DNA from: Candidatus Omnitrophota bacterium
Lineage (GTDB): Bacteria > Omnitrophota > Gorgyraeia > Gygaellales > Profunditerraquicolaceae
Reading direction: 5' to 3'
Assembly (NCBI GenBank): GCA_028716965.1
Contig: JAQUOV010000003.1
Span: forward strand, 69,302-133,301
DNA length: 64,000 nucleotides
A program made the position numbers and the translations under genes. Positions 57,001-64,000 of this stretch are shown piece after piece (the stretch's first letter is position 1; each line of letters starts with the position of its first letter). Under the pieces are notes generated by a model, which did not search any database, was not told the DNA's origin, and saw only the letters and a list, made by a program, of their open reading frames with translations.

Positions 57001-60000
57001 CCTAAATTATGAATAGTGTATATTACCCTGCTATTTTCTAAAGATGGCTCATTCTTATAGTCGCTATGCTTTTTAAGTAACGGGGCAATCAAAGCAGCCT
57101 GCCAGTCATGAGGATGGATAATATTCGGGTTTAACTGGAATTCCTTAACCAGCTCTAAAGCGCCCTTAGAAAGAAACACTGCCTGTTCAAACATTAATTC
57201 TTTCAATAAGCCGGCGCGCTCATGCATATAGATCTCCCTACCCAATCTTTGGGTAAGATAATCCTGCGCAAGCTCAAAGTCAGAGTTTTGCGCTCCTAAA
57301 TAGAGTTTCTTGGAATATAGTGGGTGCTGCAGGAAGAATACAGTTACACCGTTAGATTTTGCAATCCATACCGGAGCGAATTCTTTTTTGTTGCCTATTT
57401 TTATTATTAAATCCCTGCCGGTATATTCAATGCCAAGCTTATTTCTTTTATCCTCATTAATGTCATCATAAAGCAGGGTACAGACAGATACTATCTCGCC
57501 GAGCTCGGATTGCGCTTTGGGTAAGATGCCTAAAACATCAGCTAAGCCGCCTGCTTTCGCGTAGGGGACAATCTCCGGGCTGACATGGAGTATCTTTAAC
57601 ATCTCAAGCGCGCTTGAAGCCAAGAGAGGCGGCGCGCGGGGCTGGGATTGTTTCAAGAGTAAAGGCGAAGAATTCGAGCCATTTAAATTATCCATAGGAC
57701 ACCTATATCCAGGCCGTGGCGTCCAACCGTATGGACAAACCCAGCCTTGGTCGCCACAATATACTGTAAAATCAGGACAATCTTTAATTTCAGATGTCGT
57801 AGCTGGCTCAGAAGGGATTTGTCGCTCAACAAGAAGCTGTTCCTCTGCTGAACTGATATCTTCAGCAACTTTTGCTGCAACTATATTAATTGCAAGGTTA
57901 GCTCTTTCTGGCGTCAATGTAAGTTTGCCGTAAGATACCAAGAAAATATTGTTATATTTCATATGAATATTATTAATCTGATCCTGAATTTTCTTTTTCT
58001 TTTCAAGACCATTGATTTTCTCTGAAGGATAAACTTCATTGCCCCAATCATCCACTTCTTGTATAAAACCAGTAATAATGTTGCGATATATGCTGTGAGT
58101 TCTAACCGCGTCTGCCTGAAAATAGCCGTGATAATCCCTTCCGACGAATTCCCATAATTCCATTATGCCATTTACATCCATATGTTTAATTACTTGATTT
58201 AAAGAATATGTTAATTTCTCGAGTCTGGTTAAATCAGCTAATAAATATCTGGCTATTCGCGATGCGTCTATTCCTTCTTTAATAATCTTTTCGGTTACAA
58301 TACATAGCCTTTTGAATAATTCCTGCTTATCATATTTTGAGACATCGCTATAATAATATTCTACTTTATTTATACAGTTGTTTGCTATCGATTCTTCAAT
58401 ATTTAGGTTTTTGATTAAATGTGTTTCAAATATACACATTCTTAACTTATGTAAAAATGATGGTTTTACTGATATTATATCGCCTTGCGACTGCCAACAA
58501 AGCCAACTTAATGAAAATACTATCTTGTTGATAATAAGAAACAGACCTCTCGCCAATCCTAAACCTGCGATGAAAATTAAACTGATCATCCAAGGCGATA
58601 ATGAGGTTATATAAGAGACTGCTGTGCAGCTGGGGACCAACAGCATTAAGCTGCTAATAGATAATACTGATAATATTTTAGCTAAGCGGGAGTTATCTTT
58701 TGGTTGTATCGGAGAGCTTACACCTTGTTTCCGGCTCTTAGATAATTCTTTTTCTATCTCCACTAATACCTGTTTGAGGCGAGCGATCTCTTTCGTGGTC
58801 TGGGATACCATGCGCTTGTCATTATGGTTGATATCCAGCGAGGCTATGGCTTGGGTTAAATCCATAACTATAGCAGTACCTTGCTCACGCACTTCTTCGG
58901 GTAGGGTGTTGACAAAACTAAGGGAATCCTTTATCTCCACTAATACCTGTTTGAGGCGAGCGATCTCTTTCGTGGTCTGGGATACCATGCGCTTGTCATT
59001 ATGGTTGATATCCAGCGAGGCTATGGCTTGGGTTAAATCCATAACTATAGCAGTACCTTGCTCACGCACTTCTTCGGGTAGGGTGTTGACAAAACTAAGG
59101 GAATCCTTTATCTCCACTAATACCTGTTTGAGGCGAGCGATCTCTTTCGTGGTCTGGGATACCATGCGCTTGTCATTATGGTTGATATCCAGCGAGGCTA
59201 TGGCTTGGTTCATGGTCGCGCTAATACGAGCCGCATGTTGCAATTTCAACTCTACATCCAGGCTATCCATAAAAGATTCGCTTTTTTGGACCAATGATAT
59301 TACTCTTTCCAGCGAAGTAATATACGCTAATGTTGCCGCCAGCCCACTTATTGATTTACTGCTGCTTAAGATGGTTTTTAATTTAGCTCTTTGCTCGTCT
59401 AAGCTCTTCAGGGTCTGCTGACATAAACTGTACACACTACCAGGTAAAGAGGTCATGTAACCGACTATTGCATTTAATTTCTTCATTACATTAATGATCA
59501 AATTCAACTCCTGCCTGGCCCACTCACGTTCAGTATTTTCATATAACGAACTTATTTTCTTTTTCGTATGCTCTATCTCCTCAGTAATTGCGGCCAATTC
59601 ACCGGCCTTCCGGGAACGGATGTCTTCAGCTATGCCCTCCGCGGCAATTTCTCCTTTTAGTTCGGCAATCTTATCATTATCTCTTAACAACTCTTCTCTC
59701 AATGGGGCAACCTTACTATGAAGGGTGTTGACGGCTTTCGCCAACTCATCAGCCGGAGTACCTTCGGGCGTAAGCCCAAATTCTTCAACCATAGCGGCCG
59801 CATATTCTGTTTTCCCAGGGAAAACCAACTTTCTCATCTCAGTTAAAGCCCCCTCAATATAATTGTACGCTTCCTGATGGAAGAATATCCTAGTCTGCTG
59901 TAAGCGGGCTTCGACTGTGCTGCGGGTTTCAAAATCAAGATTATCCCGGACAGCTTCAAAATCAGCGACTATACCAAGATAAGACTCCTGCAGTTTATTC

Positions 60001-63000
60001 AGTTTATAGCACCCGATTATCTTGGATAAGACAATGTGGGTAAGGAGGATACCACCTATCCAACCCACATACACGAATAACTCGCCGAAAGTAACCTTTA
60101 ACATAGCCTTGCCTAAAGCCAGGTAGAAATAATCCGGAAGAGGGACAAGGCCGAATAAGAAGAATGCGGTTGTGCCGATAACGTAAAAGCGGCTCAATTC
60201 CCACAATGCTCTATGCCATTTTGGCCAAGTGGATTTATTCTTTAGTATCTTATCAATGCCTAGTAATAAGGTTTTAACAATTAAATCACGCATATGACCT
60301 AATAGTACGGGCTTGCCTGCTTTAGGCATATAGGCCGAAAGAACATATAAAAGCATGAATGCGCTTAATATTAATGGCACAGCAAATATCCCCATATAGG
60401 CTAATCCAATGATGAAAGACCCAGAAGATTTTAAAGCGCCGTGCAGGAAATAAATCGTAATTATACCTAAGCCCAAGCCCAAAGTATCTATTGCTCTATC
60501 CCCCCACTCTCTGAAGCAGCCCTTGAAAAACGGCCATCTTTGGATACCTTTACCTAAGCTTACTCCCGGCTTATTCTCGCTTACAAAAGGACCGATTACC
60601 ATAGAGATACCGAAGAATGTGGAGATAAACAGGAATATGGCATTGGTTAAATCCAGCCCGACCATGAAGGCTATGACATTGAAAGTGGTCAAGACAATGC
60701 CGACTCCTATCTCTAATCTATAAAGTTTCCTGTTCTTTGATAAATTCATCTTAGAGAGAATATTATACTCCCCAAAGTTTCCGGCTCCGGAAGTAGCAAA
60801 GATGTATCCTACTCCTTTATAGCTCATTACCTGTGCTAAAGCTTCAAACATTACGCGATGGGCAAAAAGTATGATGTCTCTGGGTCGCTGGGATAACCAG
60901 CGTCCGACTCCCAGGAACGAAGCGCTGGAGAAAAATCCGTAAACGCCGATAATCGCGGAGATAACAATCCCACCGAATAAGTAATAATATAAATAAGCCA
61001 ATAATAAGCCTCCGATAATTCCACGGGCGAATTGCTTCGGTGAGGCAAATAACGAAGGCACGCCGGAAACTGCGCGTAAGTGCGCGCCGAATCCGTTAAA
61101 AGTGCTTATCTGATTGAATGCCGTACCGATAATTACAAAGGCTGCTCCTATCCCGACAAAAGGTAGCGTATCCAAAATAATGCCTAACGGTATAAGGAAC
61201 AAACCAAGCATAGCCACCGGCATAGTTACGTAGAACCTGGCAGTGTCTCTTCTGCCATCGCGCTCAAAAATAGCTTCCGGCCCAAAATCATTTATGGCCT
61301 GAATGATATAGCTACCCAGCGTCTGCGTTAACCCCCAGGACCAGCGCGGTACGGCATTCTCCAATTCTGCAGTGCTGTAACTTTCTCTCATCTTAAAGGC
61401 TAAAGCAAAGGAAAGCGCAAAATTCGGCCTTACCCCTAAAGCAATCAGGTTATGCGTCTGATACATAACATCCACAAAATCTTCGCTCTGATGCGGGGCG
61501 CTCGGGCCTAAACCTATTAAACCGTAACGATACCAATCGTTATATTGAGAATAAGGATACATCTCTTGCATTTCACTAGTAATGGGCATGACCGGCTGAT
61601 CAGAATTTCTTAAGGCCGCTAGATATCCATCCTCACCTTGATCAAGCAATTTCATGATGTTCATCCAACCCGTGCCTATTTTATCGTTCCATCCCAACAT
61701 TGAATATCCGTGTCCACCTTCTACTAACCAGGACATATTACCGAGAGGCATACGTATGTTAGTAGTATTCCTTAAAGCCGGCATGATTACAATCTCCGGA
61801 TTACTGATCATTCTCTTTAAATCATAAGCAAATGTATTTACATCAAGAGAGTTAGAGTTCCTATCCATAACTACGAGATACTTTAAGCGACTCATAATAT
61901 CATGCGGAAGCATAAATACCCCAAGCATCGCCCCTGATTTCAAAGTGGAAGGATTGGCGTTATGAGTATTGTAGAATCTCCCCCCTCCGGAGATATATTC
62001 AAAGAGTGTGCCGAGTACTTCATAATTCGCGATATCATCTTCTTGCCACCACTTTCCGAACTGATTATGTGTAGGCACCAAGACAAGATTCTTACCTAAA
62101 CCTTCTTCTCTGAGTTTGGCCGCAATATCCATAATATTTATCGGGGCATCAAAGGGCCAAAGGGCAGTGTTAGTCATTATGAGATGCCTTCTAACCGCGT
62201 GACCTATTCTGATTCTTGTTAACTCATCTTCGCTTACAGCTCTAATTCTGCAGATATCGGTGACATTAGGATCCTCAACCTGAACTAAGCTGAAAAGCGG
62301 AATGCCGTTAGCCACACTTTCCCATGTATGTTTCATAAGCTTCTTTTCCGCATCATCTAAATTTGACGACTTAATAAATGCCTTCATCTTATCCTGATAG
62401 TCTCTGTCTCTATAATATTTAAATACAAGCGTATCTTCATCGGGATTCTCAAAGAATTGCTGCCACTTGTTACTTCCTCCAAACATTTCCAGTATAATTC
62501 TTCTTGGAATTCGCGGCTCTTTCTCTTTGTTTCCAAGAACATTGAGTGCTTGCTCGATTTCTCTCATCACCTCTTCATCGCTTAAATTCATATTCTGAAG
62601 CATGACCCTTACTTCATCAAAAATGACATTGACCTCGGGAGAGTAATTATCTATCAGGTGTTGCAAACACGACATCATGGCTGCTGGATTCCTTACACTG
62701 TTCGAATGGAGCGGATGCCCCACATAGTTAATAAATATTAGATTGTTGCTTTCGATAAACTCGCTTATCTTAGTCTCGTCTACCTTGGTGGGACCGTGCT
62801 CTTCTTTATAAATAATGGTGGAGAGCCAAGTAACAAACGGCCATATACCATATTCCAAAAGATATACGAATAATGCCAGCCCTGAATAAATGCCTAAGGT
62901 AGCCCGGGCATACAATCCCGCATCAAAATGACTATAAATCCAAGGTAATGAGAACCAGCTAATTACTAATCCCAAACTCATAAATAAGGAGTATTTAGCT

Positions 63001-64000
63001 AAGCGTAATAACACTGTCCTCGGCCTGCCTACACCAATAGAAGGCCTAAAATTCCGGTAGCATGATAAACCCACCAAAGAGCGTCCGAAAACCAGGTTTA
63101 TTAACCCTTCCAAATATAAGGTAGTCACCAAGAAAACCTTTAAAACAAAGGTGCTTACTGAAACCACCGGCATAATACTGTGGAGTATGCCGGTTAAAGC
63201 AAGAATCAGCATACCATTAATGCTGAATAAATTACGTTGCGCACCAAATCTTAAGCGGGCCATTCTTCCGTACTGATAAAATGTGTTGAATAAAACAAGT
63301 AATGATACTACTGCCAACGCTTGCGGCACCAAGGCAGCGGCAAATATCGCCGAAAGCTTCCCGCTTATAGCCCAAGCATAAAGCGCAGCCGTATTAAAGC
63401 CCAAAATAAGCGCGTAAGGCAGGTAATAAGCCATCTCAATCAGATAGGGAGGTATGGACTTTGCCCCCCAGCCCAATCTTCTTTGCCATCTTTCTTTCCA
63501 GAAGCTCTTGAGTTCTTTTTTGATTATCTTGAACTCTTCAGGTAAAACATAAGGTGTAGCCGGATCAGTATTCTTTATGCTTATGCCGAGTTTTTGCAAA
63601 TCCTGCTGTAGGCTTTTAAAATCTTCCTTCTCCTCTCCCTCGGCCTTAACAGAGATTACCTCCTCAAGAGTTCTTTGGTTACCGACTTCTTTTTTGGCTT
63701 CAAATATTGTCTCGCTTCTCTTTCTAATTCTCTCGATCAATGCTGCCAAATCCTGACTAATCTCCCGATCAAACAATGTAATTCCTTCGGCTTTAAGAAA
63801 ACTCCGGAAATGCTCTAGGTCAAAATCGCCATCCACAAGCCTTATCTCTTTAAGAATACTGTCGAAACTATTCCTATCGCCAGTAACCAAGGCTTTCCTT
63901 AATTTATGCTCTATATTAAGGAAATACAGCTCCAGCTTATCCAGGATTTCTTCATCCGGATGCCCGATCTGATTATATGGGCTGTCTAAATTCAGAACGT
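1..64000 (-). CDS. Single giant multidomain ORF, partial at both ends (about 21,330 codons in window); protein larger than 21 kaa
   Basis: Minus-strand frame with codons at + positions 3k..3k+2 has no stop (no tta/cta/tca triplet in that register) in a line-by-line scan of 22611-64000 and in a hand translation of 1-22610. The frame register is the same at both ends (partial codons at 1-2 and 63999-64000). Recognisable protein motifs occur in this frame all along the window. No + strand ORF exceeds 267 aa. Confidence 0.85.
300..1450 (-). other. PPDK_N-like PEP/pyruvate-binding ATP-grasp domain (pyruvate phosphate dikinase / PEP synthase N-terminal family)
   Basis: MALLGGKANNLRSRAHLGITVPAWVCFTTDTW at about 1380-1440, GGSFISLPGQLDTILNVPMSD, SSAWGTACLLQEMVFGN...GTAVVFSRDF, and GKTTVYLLQSRAAP. 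Confidence 0.55.
8760..9700 (-). other. Histidine-kinase core: HisKA H-box plus HATPase_c (copy c)
   Basis: H-box MSHIIKNPLNAMG at about 9600-9630. N-box region LKIISYMLKNAQQAG, G1 box IRIRDEGGAGI at about 8985-9010, and G2 box GGNVSVESLPGEYTEFTVALP. Confidence 0.55.
12780..13150 (-). other. Response-regulator receiver (REC, CheY-like) domain
   Basis: VTILVVDDEPDLRKGIKNLL...LLVTSDISMPEMDGIALLDVLK...IPVVMIST...GAAGYFNK, with the acidic pocket, phospho-Asp and conserved Lys in canonical spacing. Confidence 0.6.
15750..16620 (-). other. YvcK/CofD-like (UPF0052) domain 1
   Basis: ILESGGGASIAMAGVIARM...LAVISGTDNGGSTLITRG at about 16450-16580. Confidence 0.4.
17000..21000 (-). other. Alpha-helical (HEAT/ARM-like) repeat region
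   Basis: Long Leu/Ala/Glu-rich helical periodicity in translation; weak call. Confidence 0.25.
21400..22610 (-). other. P-loop NTPase / kinase-like domain
   Basis: Walker A LDLLTGLGGSGKTTALGY at 22562-22610. Confidence 0.45.
26500..27000 (-). other. HExxH zinc-metallopeptidase-like motif (M48/M56-like)
   Basis: GLVMLFAHELKHILSGH, with the HELKH codons at about 26750-26764. Confidence 0.35.
29181..29201 (-). other. Walker A P-loop motif (GRSASGK) of a small kinase-like domain
   Basis: Translation ILLRIVGRSASGKVPLARHFGLF. Confidence 0.3.
29250..29650 (-). other. GHKL/HATPase_c-like ATPase domain (copy b)
   Basis: VKLVDNGRGMTADALQ at about 29450-29490 and GTGIDGQGIGIYTM. Confidence 0.45.
30600..31440 (-). 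other. HIT-like GDP-hexose phosphorylase / GalT-Apa2-like domain
   Basis: FGASVNHLHFQILY (H-x-H-x-Q) at about 30830-30880. Confidence 0.35.
31440..33020 (-). other. glgA: Glycogen/starch synthase-like domain 1 (GlgA, GT5 family)
   Basis: An in-frame Met at 33018-33020 starts MTILHISPEADPFSKEGGLADA. Further motifs: IHAHDWQAAMVAPL, FYSIHNLSYQG, RLVPDKGLDL, MPSRKEPCGLTQ, RTGGLADTI, and a C-terminal NFSWEVSASKYLELYRSS. Confidence 0.8.
33030..34130 (-). other. Cupin-like domain (class II phosphomannose-isomerase-like)
   Basis: GDIGRPHIHTPIDNQPLEVIIIQRGKARF at about 34030-34100, then HPALGHTHQFTA (a His-rich motif) closer to the GlgA domain. Confidence 0.35.
34600..34900 (-). other. GHKL/HATPase_c-like ATPase domain (copy a)
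   Basis: LAIDNGDGIPGIF (D-x-G-x-G) at about 34850-34875 and GNGMGF at about 34780-34800. Confidence 0.45.
35330..36880 (-). repeat. Tandem duplication of a roughly 258-aa domain (two diverged copies, period about 774 bp), unknown function
   Basis: Both copies share IMGGPFD / IIGGPFD, LYNVHATL, YGREDDEFY, KPSxxxNxxDFI and RRKxIKLNIP motifs. The + strand shadow ORFs 34948..35442 and 36022..36225 share ...GIFNF..FL.ASR ends. Confidence 0.6.
38900..40400 (-). other. GT-B glycosyltransferase domain (trehalose-6-P synthase / sucrose-P synthase-like)
   Basis: Translation WWVIEGEPLHFEVTKFF...IFLVHDPQPAFMFYLLKF...WQGHIQFHISQD...TIILQNGRFDELKDPEGVMIAYRMLAL...LLLTAPLPSDD resembles the OtsA/GT20 and GT4 pattern. 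Confidence 0.35.
40450..41400 (-). other. Metallo-beta-lactamase-fold domain
   Basis: HMHEDH motif (H-x-H-x-D-H) at 41364-41387 inside ISHLAITHMHEDHVAGALAYFE, with downstream His/Asp positions. Confidence 0.5.
44100..45800 (-). other. YvcK/CofD-like (UPF0052, 2-phospho-L-lactate transferase / gluconeogenesis-factor family) domain 2
   Basis: N-terminal IMGGSGGVPTILMENLLGDV and SIAIICSPHDDGGSSRKL...YIPSPGDPMN (about 45670-45800), and C-terminal IVLGPGSLVTSVLPVLMIPEIVEAIKR (about 44100-44180). Confidence 0.4.
50272..52319. repeat. 2,048-bp exact direct repeat, copy 2
   Basis: As above. Mismatches flank both ends (50271 vs 53151; 52320 vs 55200). Confidence 0.95.
50900..52100 (-). other. Nucleotidyltransferase-like (UDPGP / fucose-pyrophosphorylase-like) domain inside each repeat copy
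   Basis: Gly-rich NTP-binding-like stretch LMIHTAGTGSRGYPLTASRFGYKGCNIVP, followed by a beta-strand-rich stretch KGKVVVINSIINAGSLVDSVVVNSRCGTLIAGPGSLAWM. Assignment is tentative. Confidence 0.3.
53152..55199. repeat. 2,048-bp exact direct repeat, copy 1; in-frame coding of about 682 aa that includes a sugar-nucleotidyltransferase-like domain
   Basis: Nucleotide-identical to 50272-52319, offset 2,880 bp (a multiple of 3). The duplicated + strand track ORFs 53536..53808, 54094..54288, 54198..54380 and 54753..55082 equal 50656..50928 and so on. Confidence 0.95.
55200..56030 (-). other. Module A variable helical region (diverged paralog of 52320-53150)
   Basis: Translation starting SGAASPVLASESLLTSSIATRLAEGQVLNVLYRGS aligns at roughly 40% identity with the region upstream of repeat copy 2 (GEEGLGAFVTTLFTSSFANRLSEGQISQVLLSGS). 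Confidence 0.5.
56030..57602 (-). other. glgA: Glycogen/starch synthase-like domain 2 (GlgA, GT5 family)
   Basis: An in-frame Met at 57600-57602 starts MLKILHVSPEIVPYAKAGGLADV. Further motifs follow in the same frame: HPHDWQAALIAPLL, IYTIHNLGPDYQG, RFARQKGADF, MPSRYEPCGLTQIY, ETGGLADTV, and a C-terminal W-x-x-SA-x-x-YLELYRS. Confidence 0.75.
57696..57790 (-). other. Cys-rich knot CPDFTVYCGDQGWVCPYGWTPRPGYRCP (possible Zn or disulfide motif)
   Basis: Five Cys residues within 28 residues in the ORF frame; no family recognised. Confidence 0.25.
58520..58700 (-). other. Hydrophobic transmembrane-like segment(s)
   Basis: Translation ILSVLSISSLMLLVPSCTAVSYITSLSPWMISLIFIAGLGLARGLFLIINKIV. Confidence 0.4.
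58755..59208. repeat. Perfect 177-bp tandem repeat, about 2.6 copies (58758-58934, 58935-59111, 59112-about 59208); encodes 59-aa repeats in the minus-strand ORF
   Basis: Identical DNA units seen directly. The minus-strand translation per unit is about KDSLSFVNTLPEEVREQGTAIVMDLTQAIASLDINHNDKRMVSQTTKEIARLKQVLVEI. The + strand ORF 58624..59421 is its antisense shadow. Confidence 0.9.
59215..60000 (-). other. Coiled-coil-like charged helical segment
   Basis: Heptad-like Glu/Lys/Leu-rich translation (ELLRDNDKIAELKGEIAAEGIAEDIRSRKAGELAAITEEIEHTKKKISSLYENTEREWARQEL). Confidence 0.3.
60000..63550 (-). other. Polytopic membrane region (multiple hydrophobic helices) flanking a roughly 430-aa soluble loop at about 61500-62800; possible membrane-embedded synthase/anchor module
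   Basis: Translation gives long hydrophobic runs such as LILALTGILHSIMPVVSVSTFVLKVFLVTTLYL, MPVAMLGLFLIPLGIILDTLPFVGIGAAFVIIGTAF and IGVGIVLTTFNVIAFMVGLDLTNAIFLFISTFFGISMVIGPF. The loop contains GHAVRRHLIMTNTALWPFD...LVLVPTHNQFGKWW. Confidence 0.5.

Noticed and set aside
58755-59208. Possible CRISPR array (regular repeats)
   Set aside because: Units are 177 bp, contiguous and identical, with no spacers. They lie inside a coding frame and translate to a coherent helical 59-aa repeat.
1-64000. Promoters, terminators, rRNA, tRNA or other ncRNA
   Set aside because: The window contains no intergenic space. I saw no stem-loop followed by a U-run and no rRNA- or tRNA-like conserved blocks. Any regulatory elements for this gene must lie outside the window (beyond 64000 for the 5' end).

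Overview
The whole 64,000-nt window is a single uninterrupted open reading frame on the minus strand, open at both window edges. Minus-strand codons occupy + coordinates 3k..3k+2 (for example 22608-22610, a Leu codon just upstream of a Walker A motif). I scanned this frame line by line (+ strand triplets tta/cta/tca, read as minus-strand stops) from 22611 to 64000 and found none. I hand-translated 1-22610 and also found none. That gives about 21,330 codons in the window, so the protein is larger than 21 kaa with both termini outside the window. Every + strand ORF in the supplied track is a short, low-complexity antisense shadow, and the track does not list the giant minus-strand ORF at all. 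I found no rRNA, tRNA, CRISPR array, intergenic region, promoter or terminator. The hand translation shows an unusual mosaic of recognisable domains, listed here from N-terminus (high coordinates) to C-terminus (low coordinates): a polytopic membrane region around a large soluble loop; a coiled-coil stretch with perfect 59-aa tandem repeats; a Cys-rich knot; two glycogen-synthase (GlgA/GT5-like) domains; a tandemly duplicated roughly 960-aa module carrying a sugar-nucleotidyltransferase-like domain (its C-terminal 2,048 bp are duplicated 100% identically at the nucleotide level); two YvcK/CofD-like domains; a metallo-beta-lactamase fold; an OtsA/SPS-like GT-B glycosyltransferase; a tandem-duplicated 258-aa domain; three GHKL/HATPase_c domains, one with a HisKA H-box; a REC receiver; a cupin (class-II PMI-like) motif; a HIT-like GDP-hexose-phosphorylase motif; an M48-like HExxH peptidase motif; two P-loop motifs; helical repeats; and a C-terminal PPDK_N-like ATP-grasp domain. 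This reads as a glucan/trehalose/sugar-nucleotide enzyme set plus two-component signalling, fused into one giant polypeptide. Giant genes have been reported in some uncultivated bacterial phyla, which is the closest analogy I know, but I cannot assign taxonomy or homology from sequence alone. All domain calls come from manual translation and motif recognition without HMM searches; coordinates are approximate to about 100 bp.
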